From IMG/VR virus record IMGVR_UViG_3300006990_000018: a DNA stretch of 64,000 nt; one strand, given 5' to 3'. Shown in pieces: positions 18,607 through 29,700 of the stretch. How positions within the stretch are numbered: the stretch's first letter is position 1; the number at the start of each line of letters is the position of its first letter. This DNA comes from an uncultured virus (IMG/VR IMGVR_UViG_3300006990_000018) (taxonomy: Duplodnaviria > Heunggongvirae > Uroviricota > Caudoviricetes). The position numbers were made by a program, and so were the translations under genes. The notes under the pieces were generated by a model, which did no database searches, was not told the DNA's origin, and saw only the letters and a program-made list of their open reading frames with translations.

Positions 18607-19497
18607 ATGGCTCGCTCAAAGAAGAAGGCTCAGAACTACGCAGACCTCATCGCTTCCTGTGATACGGGAGAGGACATGATTCGCCGACGACCTCGGCACA
18701 TGAAGGTCCAAGGATTCAGCGGGGCGGGCAAGTCCACCTTCGCTCTCACATTCTTTGCTCACCACGCATCTCAAGTGGACCCCGAAGCGGCGCTCATGTG
18801 CATCATTGACTGCGACCTTGAGGGTCAAGCAGACCTCGTGGCTCGGGACGACCTCGTGCCTCCCAGCGTCCGTCCACGCATCCTCCGCAAGGTGTGTCGC
18901 ACACCCGACGAGGTGAACGACATGAGCCTCGCCTTCATTGACCTCATGCGTCAGCACAAAGAGGAGCACCCCGAAGGTGTGCGAGTCTTGGTCATGGAGA
19001 ACGAGGGAGCATTTTACCTCGCCTGCCGTGAGCACTACGCTTCCAGCGTCCACGGTATGTCCGAGGGCGAACTTCTCCTCTCCCGTCAGCAAGAGGCTAT
19101 CAGCCAAGGCAAAAAGACACTACCTGCCTACGCTGAGGGTCAAATGCACGCCTACAAGGTCATTAACAAACTGTTCTATTCACCCTATGAGCGCCTCAAA
19201 ATCGGCGGCGAAATGTATGGGTATCACTTCCTCTCCACGGTCCTCCTCAAGACCAAGACTGAGAACTACGGCACGCCTAACGAGAGCCGTGTGATTCTCG
19301 CCGCTGGTCGCCCCGACATGACCGACCCCCTATTTGATTGGATAGTTGAGATAACCCAGCAACAGCGCACCGTCAAGGGCGAGGTTGAGTCTCGCCACTT
19401 CGCTCACATCAAGAAGTCCCGAGCCTGCCGCCCGTTCCGTCTTGAGAACCCAACGCAGGAACGCTTTTGGAAGGCCGTGGATAAGGCGTCTCAATGA
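18607..19497 (+). CDS. P-loop ATPase, RecA/Sak4 (AAA_24)-like recombination protein
   Basis: GFSGAGKST Walker A, IIDCD; next to an exonuclease. Confidence 0.75.
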   Translation: MARSKKKAQNYADLIASCDTGEDMIRRRPRHMKVQGFSGAGKSTFALTFFAHHASQVDPEAALMCIIDCDLEGQADLVARDDLVPPSVRPRILRKVCRTPDEVNDMSLAFIDLMRQHKEEHPEGVRVLVMENEGAFYLACREHYASSVHGMSEGELLLSRQQEAISQGKKTLPAYAEGQMHAYKVINKLFYSPYERLKIGGEMYGYHFLSTVLLKTKTENYGTPNESRVILAAGRPDMTDPLFDWIVEITQQQRTVKGEVESRHFAHIKKSRACRPFRLENPTQERFWKAVDKASQ

Positions 19498-19507
19498 GGT
19501 GCCCTGC

Positions 19508-20728
19508 ATGAGAGTCCCCTACATCTCGGCTTCCCGTCTCAAGACGGCGCAAGACTGCTCTCTGAAATACCACTTTCACTACGAGGTCCCCAATGCGGAC
19601 GCCGCCACTCTCAAGGAGATGAACAACCACCGAGACGAAAGCCAAGCAGGCCGTCTTGGAAACAATGTGCACGACGCCTTGGAAGAGTGGCGACGACCCG
19701 ATGAGAACGGCAAGACGCCCAAGCCATCGTTCGGACGCCTCATGACTCTGTATAAGGAGGTCTCGGCAACTCGTGAAGTCAATTTTGACATGTATGAGGA
19801 CGGGAAGAAGATGCTCAAGCGTTGGTTTGACCGCCGTGGACGCGACCCTGTGCGTGTTCTCGCTGTTGAACAACAGTTCGGGTCCACGAGTGCCCCCCAT
19901 GTCCTTCAACGGACAGGAACCCCTGTTTATGGGTTCATTGACCTCGTGATTGAGCACAAGGACGGCACCATTGAACTCATTGACTACAAAACGCAACGAC
20001 TTGACATCACGCAAGGCGAGGCGGACAACAATGTGCAGGCCGCCATATACCTCTCGGTGGCTCGTGAGATATGGCCCGACCGACCGCTCGTGTTCACCTT
20101 TGACCTACAACGCCACGGCACCGTCTCAACGGTGTGGACTGATGAGCGATTGGAGACCTTCAAGGACTGGCTACACGGCCAATACGAGTCCATCCTTGCC
20201 GTGGACTCATCGGACACCCTCAAGGTGCCTGCAACCATCGGGAAAGGGTGTCAATGGTGTGGGTTCACCGACATCTGCCCCAAGGCACAGGACCTCATGC
20301 AGAACGGTGCTTGGGACATGATAAACCCGACCTTGAGCGCCGAACTTGACGACCTACTCAACGAACTCGCCGTTATCAAGGCCAGCAACGCCATGCTCAC
20401 CAAGCGCAAGAAGGCTATTGACCAACATATCAAGAACGAGGTGTTTGACCGCCACATGAAGGTTGAGGACTGCAAAGCCGAGACGGACAACTGGTCCGTG
20501 GAGTGGCGAGAGCAGAGCCGCCGTTCCTACATTCCCACCGAGGTCCAGCGCCTCGTGCCTCCGACCGTATTCGGAACCATGGTGTCGCTCTCCAATAGCG
20601 CCGTGGACCGAGTGCTCCCTATTCTTCCCGATGATGTGGCCGAAGCCATCAAGCGAACTCAAATCGTTAAGCCTCAGCGTATGCTCATCATCAAGCCAAA
20701 GGAGAGCGGAGATGACGGAGAGAACTGA
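19508..20728 (+). CDS. PD-(D/E)XK Cas4/RecB-like exonuclease
   Basis: ISASRL...C, G..VH..LE, GFIDL...LIDYKT, Q...Y and C..C.....C FeS motif. Confidence 0.9.
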   Translation: MRVPYISASRLKTAQDCSLKYHFHYEVPNADAATLKEMNNHRDESQAGRLGNNVHDALEEWRRPDENGKTPKPSFGRLMTLYKEVSATREVNFDMYEDGKKMLKRWFDRRGRDPVRVLAVEQQFGSTSAPHVLQRTGTPVYGFIDLVIEHKDGTIELIDYKTQRLDITQGEADNNVQAAIYLSVAREIWPDRPLVFTFDLQRHGTVSTVWTDERLETFKDWLHGQYESILAVDSSDTLKVPATIGKGCQWCGFTDICPKAQDLMQNGAWDMINPTLSAELDDLLNELAVIKASNAMLTKRKKAIDQHIKNEVFDRHMKVEDCKAETDNWSVEWREQSRRSYIPTEVQRLVPPTVFGTMVSLSNSAVDRVLPILPDDVAEAIKRTQIVKPQRMLIIKPKESGDDGEN

Positions 20729-21047
20729 CGACGAAGTGCCGTCGTCCAAATACGGAACTCGCAAGAAAGGCCGCCTCGGCAAGTCCGACGGCAGGAATGT
20801 CCGCCGTCTATGGTCCGCCATGATTGAGGCTGGTGCCGTGTTCCCCGAAGGAACTCCCATCGCCACGGGCGAGATTCTGACCCTACCGAACCAACCGTTT
20901 GAGATGAATCGTCTCAGCAATCACCTCGCCAAGAAACCGCACCTGTTCTTCAACGCTGGTTCGGTCCGAATCGCTTCGCTGGACGGGCGAACGAAATATC
21001 CCCAGAAGGTTTGGCTCGCCTACCCCGATGCCTATGATGAAGAATAG
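20712..21047 (+). CDS. Hypothetical protein, possibly wHTH
   Basis: Overlaps the upstream gene end; codon usage matches the genome. Confidence 0.6.
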   Translation: MTERTDDEVPSSKYGTRKKGRLGKSDGRNVRRLWSAMIEAGAVFPEGTPIATGEILTLPNQPFEMNRLSNHLAKKPHLFFNAGSVRIASLDGRTKYPQKVWLAYPDAYDEE

Positions 21048-21086
21048 TGAGCGATGGGTATATATAGGAGTGCCCCCATGGACTAC

Positions 21087-21422
21087 ATGAGGCGAACCAA
21101 CATGACCCGACGACCCCAAACCCAAGAACAAGCAACGAAGCAAATCAACGCTCTGACCGAGCAAATCCGAGCCATTGAAGCCAAGCGCATGGAAATCGTG
21201 AATGACTTCACTCCCGAGGCAGTCCATCAATTTGACAAATTGGGCGACGAGTCAAGCACTCTCATTTATGAGCGACACGACCTCATCATCATACGAGAAG
21301 TCCTCCCAACCCAAGCCCAATACGACTACGAGGCTGACATGCGACTCCAAGAGCAAATCGCCAACGACCCCTACGGTGGCGACGACTTCATGGCCTACAA
21401 CATGATGGGCGACTGCTGGTGA
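21087..21422 (+). CDS. Hypothetical coiled-coil protein
   Basis: Own TATATATAGG promoter; start may be 21102. Confidence 0.65.
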   Translation: MRRTNMTRRPQTQEQATKQINALTEQIRAIEAKRMEIVNDFTPEAVHQFDKLGDESSTLIYERHDLIIIREVLPTQAQYDYEADMRLQEQIANDPYGGDDFMAYNMMGDCW

Positions 21423-21452
21423 TTGAAATAGGTGGGGCGACCCCTTGGGGGT

Positions 21453-22262
21453 ATGCTCACCCCGAACTCCAAGGTGTCTCGGACCGCTCGCATTGAAGCG
21501 AACGGTGGAGCGCTGGCGACATTCCTTAGTCGTCTGGCCTTGGACTCACCACCCGTGCCCGTCCGCATCCTCTTTGAACCCGAGGGAGCATCCTGCTGGA
21601 CGATGAACGCAGGCAAGACCCTCATGGTTCTGATGGACCGCTGGGCGATTGACGGCCTCAAGGTCAAGGAGCCATGCGCCATCGTGTGCAACCCCAAGGA
21701 ACTCGCCGACCTCGTGCGAGCCAAGTCCCGAGGGGGAACGGTGCGTCTGACGACCTCGGCCAACGAGCCAATCGCCATTAGCACGAAAGAGCACGGGGGT
21801 GCCGAGGTTATGCCCGCCGATGAGGACGACTGCCTCATCATCCCCGACAAGAATGTGCTTCCCACCAACGACGAAGGCAAACGACTTTTCCCCATGTTTG
21901 ACGACGAGCCAGCGACGAGCGAGGCCATCCTCACCATCTCAGAATTGACCAAGGCCAGCATGGAGATGCAAACGGCCAACGCTCCCTATGTGGCGGTGTC
22001 GTTTGACGCCAAGTCTGAGGCTCGGGCTGGTCATTGGGGAGGCAAGACTACCCGCTCGTGGACCCCAATTGAAGCCACCTTCTCGGGCGCGCCGTTCACC
22101 GTCTCCTTCACCGATACCCTCAAATCGCTCATAAGCGTGCTCAACGGCGCAGGAGATGCTCTCAAGGTCTCCAAGCACCACAAAGGACATTTCCTCGTTG
22201 TGGAGACGACGACAGGCAACAAAACCACAATAGTCGCCACCGAGGCAATCAAGGAGACATAG
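21453..22262 (+). CDS. PCNA-like DNA sliding clamp (divergent)
   Basis: About 270 aa with the PCNA-like pattern ILFEPEGASCWTMN..KTLMVLM and VKEP.AI..N.KEL; RFC and a PIP-bearing PolB are also present. Confidence 0.65.
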   Translation: MLTPNSKVSRTARIEANGGALATFLSRLALDSPPVPVRILFEPEGASCWTMNAGKTLMVLMDRWAIDGLKVKEPCAIVCNPKELADLVRAKSRGGTVRLTTSANEPIAISTKEHGGAEVMPADEDDCLIIPDKNVLPTNDEGKRLFPMFDDEPATSEAILTISELTKASMEMQTANAPYVAVSFDAKSEARAGHWGGKTTRSWTPIEATFSGAPFTVSFTDTLKSLISVLNGAGDALKVSKHHKGHFLVVETTTGNKTTIVATEAIKET

Positions 22263-22264
22263 AC

Positions 22265-22474
22265 ATGACAACAAACGAACGATTCATAGAGACCGCTGAG
22301 AAAGCGCTGGGACTAACAGACGACGATAGGGGCCACCTGCGGGTGCTGGTGTGCATTGACCTGCTCATCGCTCAAGCAGGCATCACCGACGAACAGGTTC
22401 GGATGGCGTATGAGAACCGTCTCCGAACTGAAATCAAGGCGTCGGCTGATACCTTGAAGGGTTTGCTGGATTGA
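22265..22474 (+). CDS. Hypothetical protein
   Basis: Operonic, preceded by AGGAG. Confidence 0.6.
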   Translation: MTTNERFIETAEKALGLTDDDRGHLRVLVCIDLLIAQAGITDEQVRMAYENRLRTEIKASADTLKGLLD

Positions 22475-22515
22475 TAGGCGACACCTTAATATAGGTGTGG
22501 ACGCTACGGTTAAAC

Positions 22516-23010
22516 ATGACCAACCTAACCCTGACCACCATGCCCGAGATTGACTTCGCCGACAACCGAGTTCGGAGAGGAAAGACCGCCCTTGAGTGGA
22601 TTCGTGTCAAGGCTGAGAACAACCAATACGGAAGCGAAGGCGGCACGGTCTATATGGCCACCCTCGGCGACCACTCCTACACGAAGAACAAAATGTATCG
22701 TGGCGAGACCGCTGTTTGCCTGTTCAAGACCACCAAGGCAGAACACGGCCACGCTGGCTGGGCCATGACCGTCCGCCACCCTGTTCACACCGACGGTATG
22801 TGGCTCCCCGTCTATGACGGCTTCAACGAGCACGAGCAGACTCACTATGTCAAGGCATACCGCAACGCCCCTGCTGGTGCTGGTCGTGAGGGCCGCACAT
22901 CCCTCTGCGGCTTCTCCTCCACTCTCCGATACTTGAAGGAGCAAGCCACCTTCCTCGCCTACTACGAGGCCGTGTTCCCCGTCCGCATGAGCGCTGAGGT
23001 GTGGAATTGA
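22516..23010 (+). CDS. Hypothetical protein
   Basis: Family promoter ending CTACGGTTAAAC-ATG. Confidence 0.75.
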   Translation: MTNLTLTTMPEIDFADNRVRRGKTALEWIRVKAENNQYGSEGGTVYMATLGDHSYTKNKMYRGETAVCLFKTTKAEHGHAGWAMTVRHPVHTDGMWLPVYDGFNEHEQTHYVKAYRNAPAGAGREGRTSLCGFSSTLRYLKEQATFLAYYEAVFPVRMSAEVWN

Positions 23011-23318
23011 CTACGCTGAACATACGCCTCTTTGTGAAGCCCAACCGCTCCGCTATGGAGTCATGGCTTGAGCACAAGTTTGGAGCGAAGCGACGGGACG
23101 ACTTCCGACTGTTCGTCTTGGCCAACGGAGACACGAGGGTGTTTTTCAAGCGGTCCAGCGAGCGAGCCAACCGACTTATGCGCTTTGATAGCGACTACGC
23201 CACAAGACTCCCAATGGCGTTTGACTCCGTGCTCCATGCGTTCTGCAAGGAGTTCGGGTTCCTCATCGTTGCCGAGGACAAGCGCATGGACGGAGCATGG
23301 TTCTGCGTCAAACAATAG
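23001..23318 (+). CDS. Hypothetical protein
   Basis: GTG start after GAGGT, overlapping the previous gene. Confidence 0.6.
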   Translation: MELTTLNIRLFVKPNRSAMESWLEHKFGAKRRDDFRLFVLANGDTRVFFKRSSERANRLMRFDSDYATRLPMAFDSVLHAFCKEFGFLIVAEDKRMDGAWFCVKQ

Positions 23319-23491
23319 GCCGACAGGTATATATAGGGGTGGCTACACACCTCTATACATGCAGAAGCAGACCCGCCGATTCGTGAGCCGAATCATCATC
23401 AGCCCGACCATTCGTGTTGCATGGGACCGAACGCAGTCCGAGGTTGCAGTCTATCGCAGTCGTTAAGAACCACCTTGACGAACGATACGGT

Positions 23492-23887
23492 ATGGCTACC
23501 CATGAATACACGGGCATCACAGCGAAAATCACGGTCTCCACGAGCCTCGTCGGATTCGTGTCGGGCGACTTCACGCTCACCCAAGCAACGGGGAAATACA
23601 TCACTCTCGGAAACGCTACGGCGACCGACCACACCCGTGGTCTCAAGTCCGCATCGGGCACACTCAAAAGAGCATGGGGGATTGATGATTCAACCCTCTT
23701 CACCTACTTTGACACCGATGAGAAGTTTGACATCACCTTTGACAACGATGGCGCCACGGGCGCTAACACCTACACTCTCACCGACTGCGTTTTCACGGAC
23801 CTCTCGGTGGAAGGAATTGAAGCAGGTTCGGAGGGAGCGTTGATGATTAACGCCTCCTTTGAGGCGCTCACATTCTCCCGAGACTGA
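23492..23887 (+). CDS. Tail tube (major tail) protein
   Basis: 131 aa, T/G-rich beta-type sequence (ASGTLKR, YTLTDCVFT, SFEAL); directly upstream of the chaperones and tape measure. Confidence 0.75.
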   Translation: MATHEYTGITAKITVSTSLVGFVSGDFTLTQATGKYITLGNATATDHTRGLKSASGTLKRAWGIDDSTLFTYFDTDEKFDITFDNDGATGANTYTLTDCVFTDLSVEGIEAGSEGALMINASFEALTFSRD

Positions 23888-23916
23888 TGAAGTCTCAAAC
23901 TTAGGAGGCACACCCT

Positions 23917-24255
23917 ATGACATGGCTGGATAACGCGATTGAGAAAGCAGGCGGCGAGGTCGCCGTTGATGTTTCACACCTTGACTTTGAGATTGACACC
24001 ATCATGGTGAAACCACTCACGGCGAACGAATATCAAGTGCTCAAGAGCCACCCCGAGATGGCCAACATCACCGACCCCGAGGACAAAGCCGAGCGGCTGG
24101 GTCTGCTCATGGTCGCTCAGATGATGAGCAAATGCGACTCGTCCATCACATGGAATCGTCTCAAGCACCTACCCTTAACGATGCTCGCTCAGTTATCCAC
24201 GGCAATAACCGCCGCCATAGGCAACGCCAACGGCGGTGGGGTGCTGGGGGAATAA
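23917..24255 (+). CDS. Tail assembly chaperone (gpG-like)
   Basis: Position between tube and tape measure; ends in the slippery GGGGGAA. Confidence 0.8.
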   Translation: MTWLDNAIEKAGGEVAVDVSHLDFEIDTIMVKPLTANEYQVLKSHPEMANITDPEDKAERLGLLMVAQMMSKCDSSITWNRLKHLPLTMLAQLSTAITAAIGNANGGGVLGE

Positions 24256-24455
24256 TCGCCCTCGCCGAATCGGACGAGGGCCAATTCCTATTTTCGTTGA
24301 TGAAGGACCTCGGCATCACGCCCGAAGAATGGAGGTCCATGGACCTACGGGACACGACCTTCCTACTCTCCGCCAAGTCGGAGTCAAACCGAAGAGTCAA
24401 TAACGAGCAACGCAGAGTCCAATCTCAGCAAAGGGCGCGTAGGAGGCTGAGGTGA
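24246..24455 (+). CDS. Tail assembly chaperone -1 frameshift extension (gpT-like)
   Basis: -1 frame open from the slippery site; LGITPEEWRSMD motif. Confidence 0.75.
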   Translation, partial: GGIIALAESDEGQFLFSLMKDLGITPEEWRSMDLRDTTFLLSAKSESNRRVNNEQRRVQSQQRARRRLR

Positions 24456-24457
24456 GG

Positions 24458-26734
24458 ATGGCGGACACAACAGCAGTCATTGATGTTCGCGCTAACACGA
24501 CGCAGTTCCGCAAAGCCATGACGGGCGTTTCGGCGTCCATGTATGCCGCTGGTGGGGCCGCTTCTCGCTTCGGAACTATCACTCGTGGGGTATTGACGCC
24601 ACTCAGCGCATCGCTCACGACTGTGGCGATTTCAGCCAAGGCCGTGGCCACCATAATTCAACGGTCGTCCGTGCTGTTCATCGGCTTCAACGACACGCTG
24701 GCCCGAACGGGCGCCATTCTCGGTGAGAGCGGCGCTGGGATGCAGGCACTTGAGACGGAGATTCGGAAGGTCGGTTCAACGACACGATTCACAGCCGAGC
24801 AAGTGGGTGAGGCGGCCAACGCTCTCGCTATTGCTGGTGTGAACGCCGAGGAGATGATTTCAGAGAAGGCGTTGGAGAACCTCGTTAAGTTCGCTATCGC
24901 TGGTGGAACCGACATTCAAACAGCAACCAACATCGGCATCGCTGGTGTGAAAGCATTCGGCATGGAGATGAGCGAATTGTCCTTCGTCTCCGATGTGCTC
25001 ACACGGACCTTCACTCGGTCAAATGTGAACATCATCAGCCTCGGTGAGGGCATGAAGTTCCTCGCTCCCGTAGCGCACGCCGCAGGCGTCGGGATTGAGG
25101 AAGCGGCGGCCGCTATTGGTGCTCTCGGCAACGCTGGCCTGCGTGGAACGATTGCGGGCACAGGTATGCGTATGGCCATCAACAAATTGCTCAAGCCTAC
25201 CTTTGACTCGCAGAAGGCCATCAACGACCTCGGACTCACCATCCAAGTTCTCAGTCCAGCGGGCGAGCAGGCCAGACAAACTCTCACGGGCGTGGCCACT
25301 CAATTGGACCGAACAAAGATGCAGTCGTCGGCGCTCACCAACGAACTCAAGATGCTCAACGGGCAAATGAACGACCTCAGCATTGAGCAGAAGGCCAACA
25401 CGCTGGCTATTGAGCAAATTAGGGCACGGGCCGCACGAAGCAACCGAGACCTCACCGACATGGAGATGGCGCAGGTTGAGCGCCTCACCAAAACCAACGA
25501 CTCACTCCGAGTGAGTGAAATGGAACTTGACTTGGAACGCATGAAGAAGCAACGCTCGCTGAACATCGTCGTGGAGCAGGAGAAGGCTTTGGATGAACAG
25601 TCCAAGACGCTCACGAAAACGGTTGAGCAACAAACAACGGGCATCACGAGCCTCGGCGATGTGTTGGACCAATTAGCAAGCGCTGGGGCCACTACAACGC
25701 AAGTGCTTGAGATTTTCGGGGTGCGTGGTGGAACGGCCGTAGCGGCACTCTTGAGCCAGCGTGAGTCGTTCCACGAACTCGTCAAGGAGAACGAGAACGC
25801 CACCGATGCTACGAAGGACTACACCAAGTCGCTTCAACAACAGGTTGAGGCTGGCGGTTCGGCCAAGGAGTCTTTGCTCCTACTCGTCTCAGCCATCCAA
25901 GAGGGGATGCTTGAGGTCGGTCGTCCATTCGTTATCATGCTCACCGAATTGGCGGTCCTTTTCAAGGACGACATTCAGCAGGCGCTCAAAGACAATGTGC
26001 CCCTATTCAAGGAACTGGCTCTCTCCATCATGAGCGCTATGAGAATCATCGTGCCGCTGGTGATTGACATGCTCCCATCTATGATTCAAGGCTTGAAAGC
26101 CATCGTCCCCATCATCGTCGTGCTGGTTGGTGCGTTCCGAATCCTCATGGCCGTGCTGTCCCCCGTCTTGCAGTTATTGAGCGGTATAGGACAAATCTTG
26201 ATGGGGATTGTGAACCTCTTCCAACTGGATTTTGACACGGGACTGAAAAACATCGCAGTCGGCATCAAGGATGCAGGCATTGGACTCGCCATCACGGCCG
26301 CTTCCGTGGCCACAGGAGGAGCAATTGGCGCTGGTGCAGGTATCGCATCGGCGGCGGGTGGAATGATTGCTGGGAGGGCAACCACGGGCGCCATGATGGC
26401 TCTTGGTGGATTCGCTGGGGACCAATTGAACAACCCCTTCTCGGGAGGCATCCAAGCACAGTTCGCTGACGGTGGCTTCGTTAATGGCCCTACGGTGGGG
26501 CTGGTGGGCGAGGCAGGCCCCGAGGTAGTCATACCCCTTGGCGCAGGAAAGGAGGCCCGTAGGGACGCCTTAGCGTCATCTGCTGGGCTTGGGGGCATGG
26601 AGGTCTCCATCGGCGATATTGTCATTAACGGCGGTTCCAACCTTTCAATTGCTGAGGTGCGAGCGCTCATGTCAAATGAAATGCCCCGCATCATTCGGCA
26701 AGAACTACTGCGTGGCTCAAGGGGTGTGATTTGA
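24458..26734 (+). CDS. Tail tape measure protein
   Basis: TTRFTAEQVGEA and LGNAGLRGTIAGTGMR motifs; C-terminal FADGG..GEAGPEVVIPL. Confidence 0.93.
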   Translation: MADTTAVIDVRANTTQFRKAMTGVSASMYAAGGAASRFGTITRGVLTPLSASLTTVAISAKAVATIIQRSSVLFIGFNDTLARTGAILGESGAGMQALETEIRKVGSTTRFTAEQVGEAANALAIAGVNAEEMISEKALENLVKFAIAGGTDIQTATNIGIAGVKAFGMEMSELSFVSDVLTRTFTRSNVNIISLGEGMKFLAPVAHAAGVGIEEAAAAIGALGNAGLRGTIAGTGMRMAINKLLKPTFDSQKAINDLGLTIQVLSPAGEQARQTLTGVATQLDRTKMQSSALTNELKMLNGQMNDLSIEQKANTLAIEQIRARAARSNRDLTDMEMAQVERLTKTNDSLRVSEMELDLERMKKQRSLNIVVEQEKALDEQSKTLTKTVEQQTTGITSLGDVLDQLASAGATTTQVLEIFGVRGGTAVAALLSQRESFHELVKENENATDATKDYTKSLQQQVEAGGSAKESLLLLVSAIQEGMLEVGRPFVIMLTELAVLFKDDIQQALKDNVPLFKELALSIMSAMRIIVPLVIDMLPSMIQGLKAIVPIIVVLVGAFRILMAVLSPVLQLLSGIGQILMGIVNLFQLDFDTGLKNIAVGIKDAGIGLAITAASVATGGAIGAGAGIASAAGGMIAGRATTGAMMALGGFAGDQLNNPFSGGIQAQFADGGFVNGPTVGLVGEAGPEVVIPLGAGKEARRDALASSAGLGGMEVSIGDIVINGGSNLSIAEVRALMSNEMPRIIRQELLRGSRGVI

Positions 26735-29700
26735 TGGCGTCGTTCAAGAAGTCTCCCCAAAAGAAGTTCAGTCGGGTCAAGAACGACCTCGCCGAACTCC
26801 AACGCTGGTGGCCTGCGTTCATCAAAGACGACGGCGTTCTCGGTATCTCGGTGGACCCCGTTCTGTTCCGAACGAACTTCGGGACCTACGAAGGCGATGA
26901 TGGCGACGAGTCTCGTGTGGCGGGCATTCGTGTTGAGGCTATCAACGACGACGGAACCGATGTGAGCGGAACTGAGCCGACCATCGTGATAAGCGGGTCG
27001 GGGACCTTTGAGCCGAAGTGCACCATCAACCACGCCGACGGGACATCAACCGACATCATGTTGATTGCGCCCAGCAGGTCGGTATTCACAGGCTCGGTGA
27101 ACATGAACTACACCGATAGTAGTGGAAACTCTCAGAACGGCGGCATAACCGTTGATACCGACATGGATGATGTGGCGATGAACGGCACACGCACGGGGCC
27201 ATACCCCGTATTCATGACCGTGCAGGAACTTGCCGAGGTGATTGACACCTATCGGCATGTTGGAGCGGCTGACACGGAGAAGAAGGCGTTCTTGCCTCAT
27301 GGGGTTCGGGTTCCTCAGACTACGGCGTTTCCCGACATTGAGACCGACCCACGAATCACGAACACAGACGCTTTGCCGACCACAGTTCCCTATCGGGCTA
27401 CTGTGTTCATGCCTATGATGCTGGATAACAACCAATTGAGCAAGAACATAACAGGTTCAATGACGCTCTGGGGCGGGCATAACAGCCGATGGGACAAGAA
27501 CGGCATCAGCCGATATGACACCGACCCCGAAGGCGAGGACTCGGCGACTATTGACTACAAAAAATATGGAACGAGTGGGGACCACCAACGGAACTCCAAC
27601 AAAGCCATGAACGCAACGAACATACGAAGGTCCGTGTGGACGAGTCAAGACTCCTCGGACTGCCCTGCACCAAAATACCGCATGGCCATGGCGCTGGCGT
27701 GCTTCCTCAAGGACGGCACCTATTCGCTCAAGGACGGCGTTATCATCCCTTATTCCTACGACGCCAGCCGAACACTCGGCGGCGTGAACACGGACACCAT
27801 GTATTTGACATGGAACGGTAGGGAGGGAGCGGGGGACAGTTCGGGTCTTGACAACAACAAAAAATACCCAGCGGGCATATACCCACTCTTTGATTTCGTG
27901 CAAGGACCCATCACCCCACGAGCACAGGGAAGCAATTGGACGCACGCCGTCTTGGCTGACCACGAAGGAACAAACTACCCCCTGCGTTATGAGGTGCCCC
28001 CGAACTCCATGCCGTTGGAGATTCTCGCCGTGGAGGTGGCCGACAAAGACCTCGCCACCGCCCCACCTCACACAGGCAAACAGTTCTGCATCCGAGTTTC
28101 CGATGTGATTTCATCATCCGAACCCGAGCACACCTACCCCGTCAATGTAGGTCAAGCCGTCTATATCCAAGGTCTGGATGGCGTGCTGGGAACAGGCACC
28201 GATATGCGGAAGGCCACGGGCAACATTTGGCCCACTCGCTATGACAAGCGACGGAAGCCCGACGCTACGGTGGCCTCGGACTGCAACGGTTGGTGGATTG
28301 TCTCGGGGGTGAACGATACCGAGTTCACAAACGAGATTGAATACCGATTCAATGTGCACCCCGACCTATTGCCTGTTGTAGCCTCCTATGTCCCATCGGC
28401 GGGGGCGACTGCTTGCGCTGGACGAGCGGGTGGACCCGAGATTGCATTCAACACCTACTTCGCCGCCGACGCTGACGACAGCGGCAACCCATACGACGGT
28501 TCTATGGAGACAGGTATGACGGGGGTGAACAGTTCAGAGGCCAAGAACCCTGTTGTTCCCAAAACCGACTTCCAAACCTCTGACGGACGAGCGGCTTCCG
28601 CCACGATAGGCACGGGTTATCAAGCAGGGATGGGACAGGGGGACCTCAATGTCCCGCCCGCTTCGTCTCGCAACGACACCGCTCCAACACGAATCACCAT
28701 CGCAGAGACAGCCACGGTGGATAACCTCGGAGAGTTCACGGGCAACCGACCCGTGCCTCGTTCCATTCACATTCAAACGCTTGATGTAGTCCCAAACGAG
28801 GACATTCCATCAGCCCCGCCTGTTATCACCTCGGGCAACGGCTCTCTGCGAGTTCCTGCACCGCTGGGGCACGACCTATGCACTCGCTACAATTCAACGG
28901 GCGAGGATGGGGAGTCGGCCTTTCGGCCAACCAACATCGTGGATTCAATGTGGCGCCTGCGCTCCGACCTTGACCGAGACGAGGATGGGACAGGGCGGCG
29001 GGCGATGATTGGTGGACCCGACCGTTGGGCGCACAGGGGTGTCTCAACACCGCTTTGGTCCTACATTGACGGGAACACGGGCCGCCACGCTTGGGACTAC
29101 ATCAAGCCCTCGGGGTGGACCTTCGGACGCAACCGACCATGGCCCGCTCACGAGCGCATGGGAACCCGCCTTTCTATGTCTCCATCCCTGCAAAGCGGGG
29201 TATGGGGTGGATATGGTTCGGGTGTTGGGTTGTTCAATCGGGTTCCACCCTACCAAGAGACGACCAAAATTGGACTCTCAGAGATTGGTTGCTCACCCGT
29301 GTTCCTTGACATTGAGTTCACGGCGTTCATCCCGAATCAAGACAACCGCATGGTCATGATTGACTTTGACATGAACGATGCTGATTCAATGCTTGGTCGC
29401 CATCACATGATTTTCGGAACAACAAATCGGGACATGGGCTTTGGGTTCCGACCACGCTGGGACGCCACCACGGGCGCTGGTGTTTATCGCAAGGACGGGT
29501 TCGTGGACCATGAAGGGGGAGACCTCACAATCACTCCATCCCCTAATCCTGCTGTCCTACATCGTGATTGGATAAAAGCCGCAGGAGTCGCAAATGCCGT
29601 TGCAGGCGATAACCCGAATTGGGCTGGGTTCCCAATTGACACCGCCGCCTCACGACTCCCCACAACGCCCCCTCATTCGGATTCATCAGAGCCACCATAC

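Noticed and set aside
19508..20728. CRISPR-associated Cas4
   Set aside because: Standalone Cas4/RecB-like nucleases beside recombinases are common in viruses, and no array or other cas genes are present
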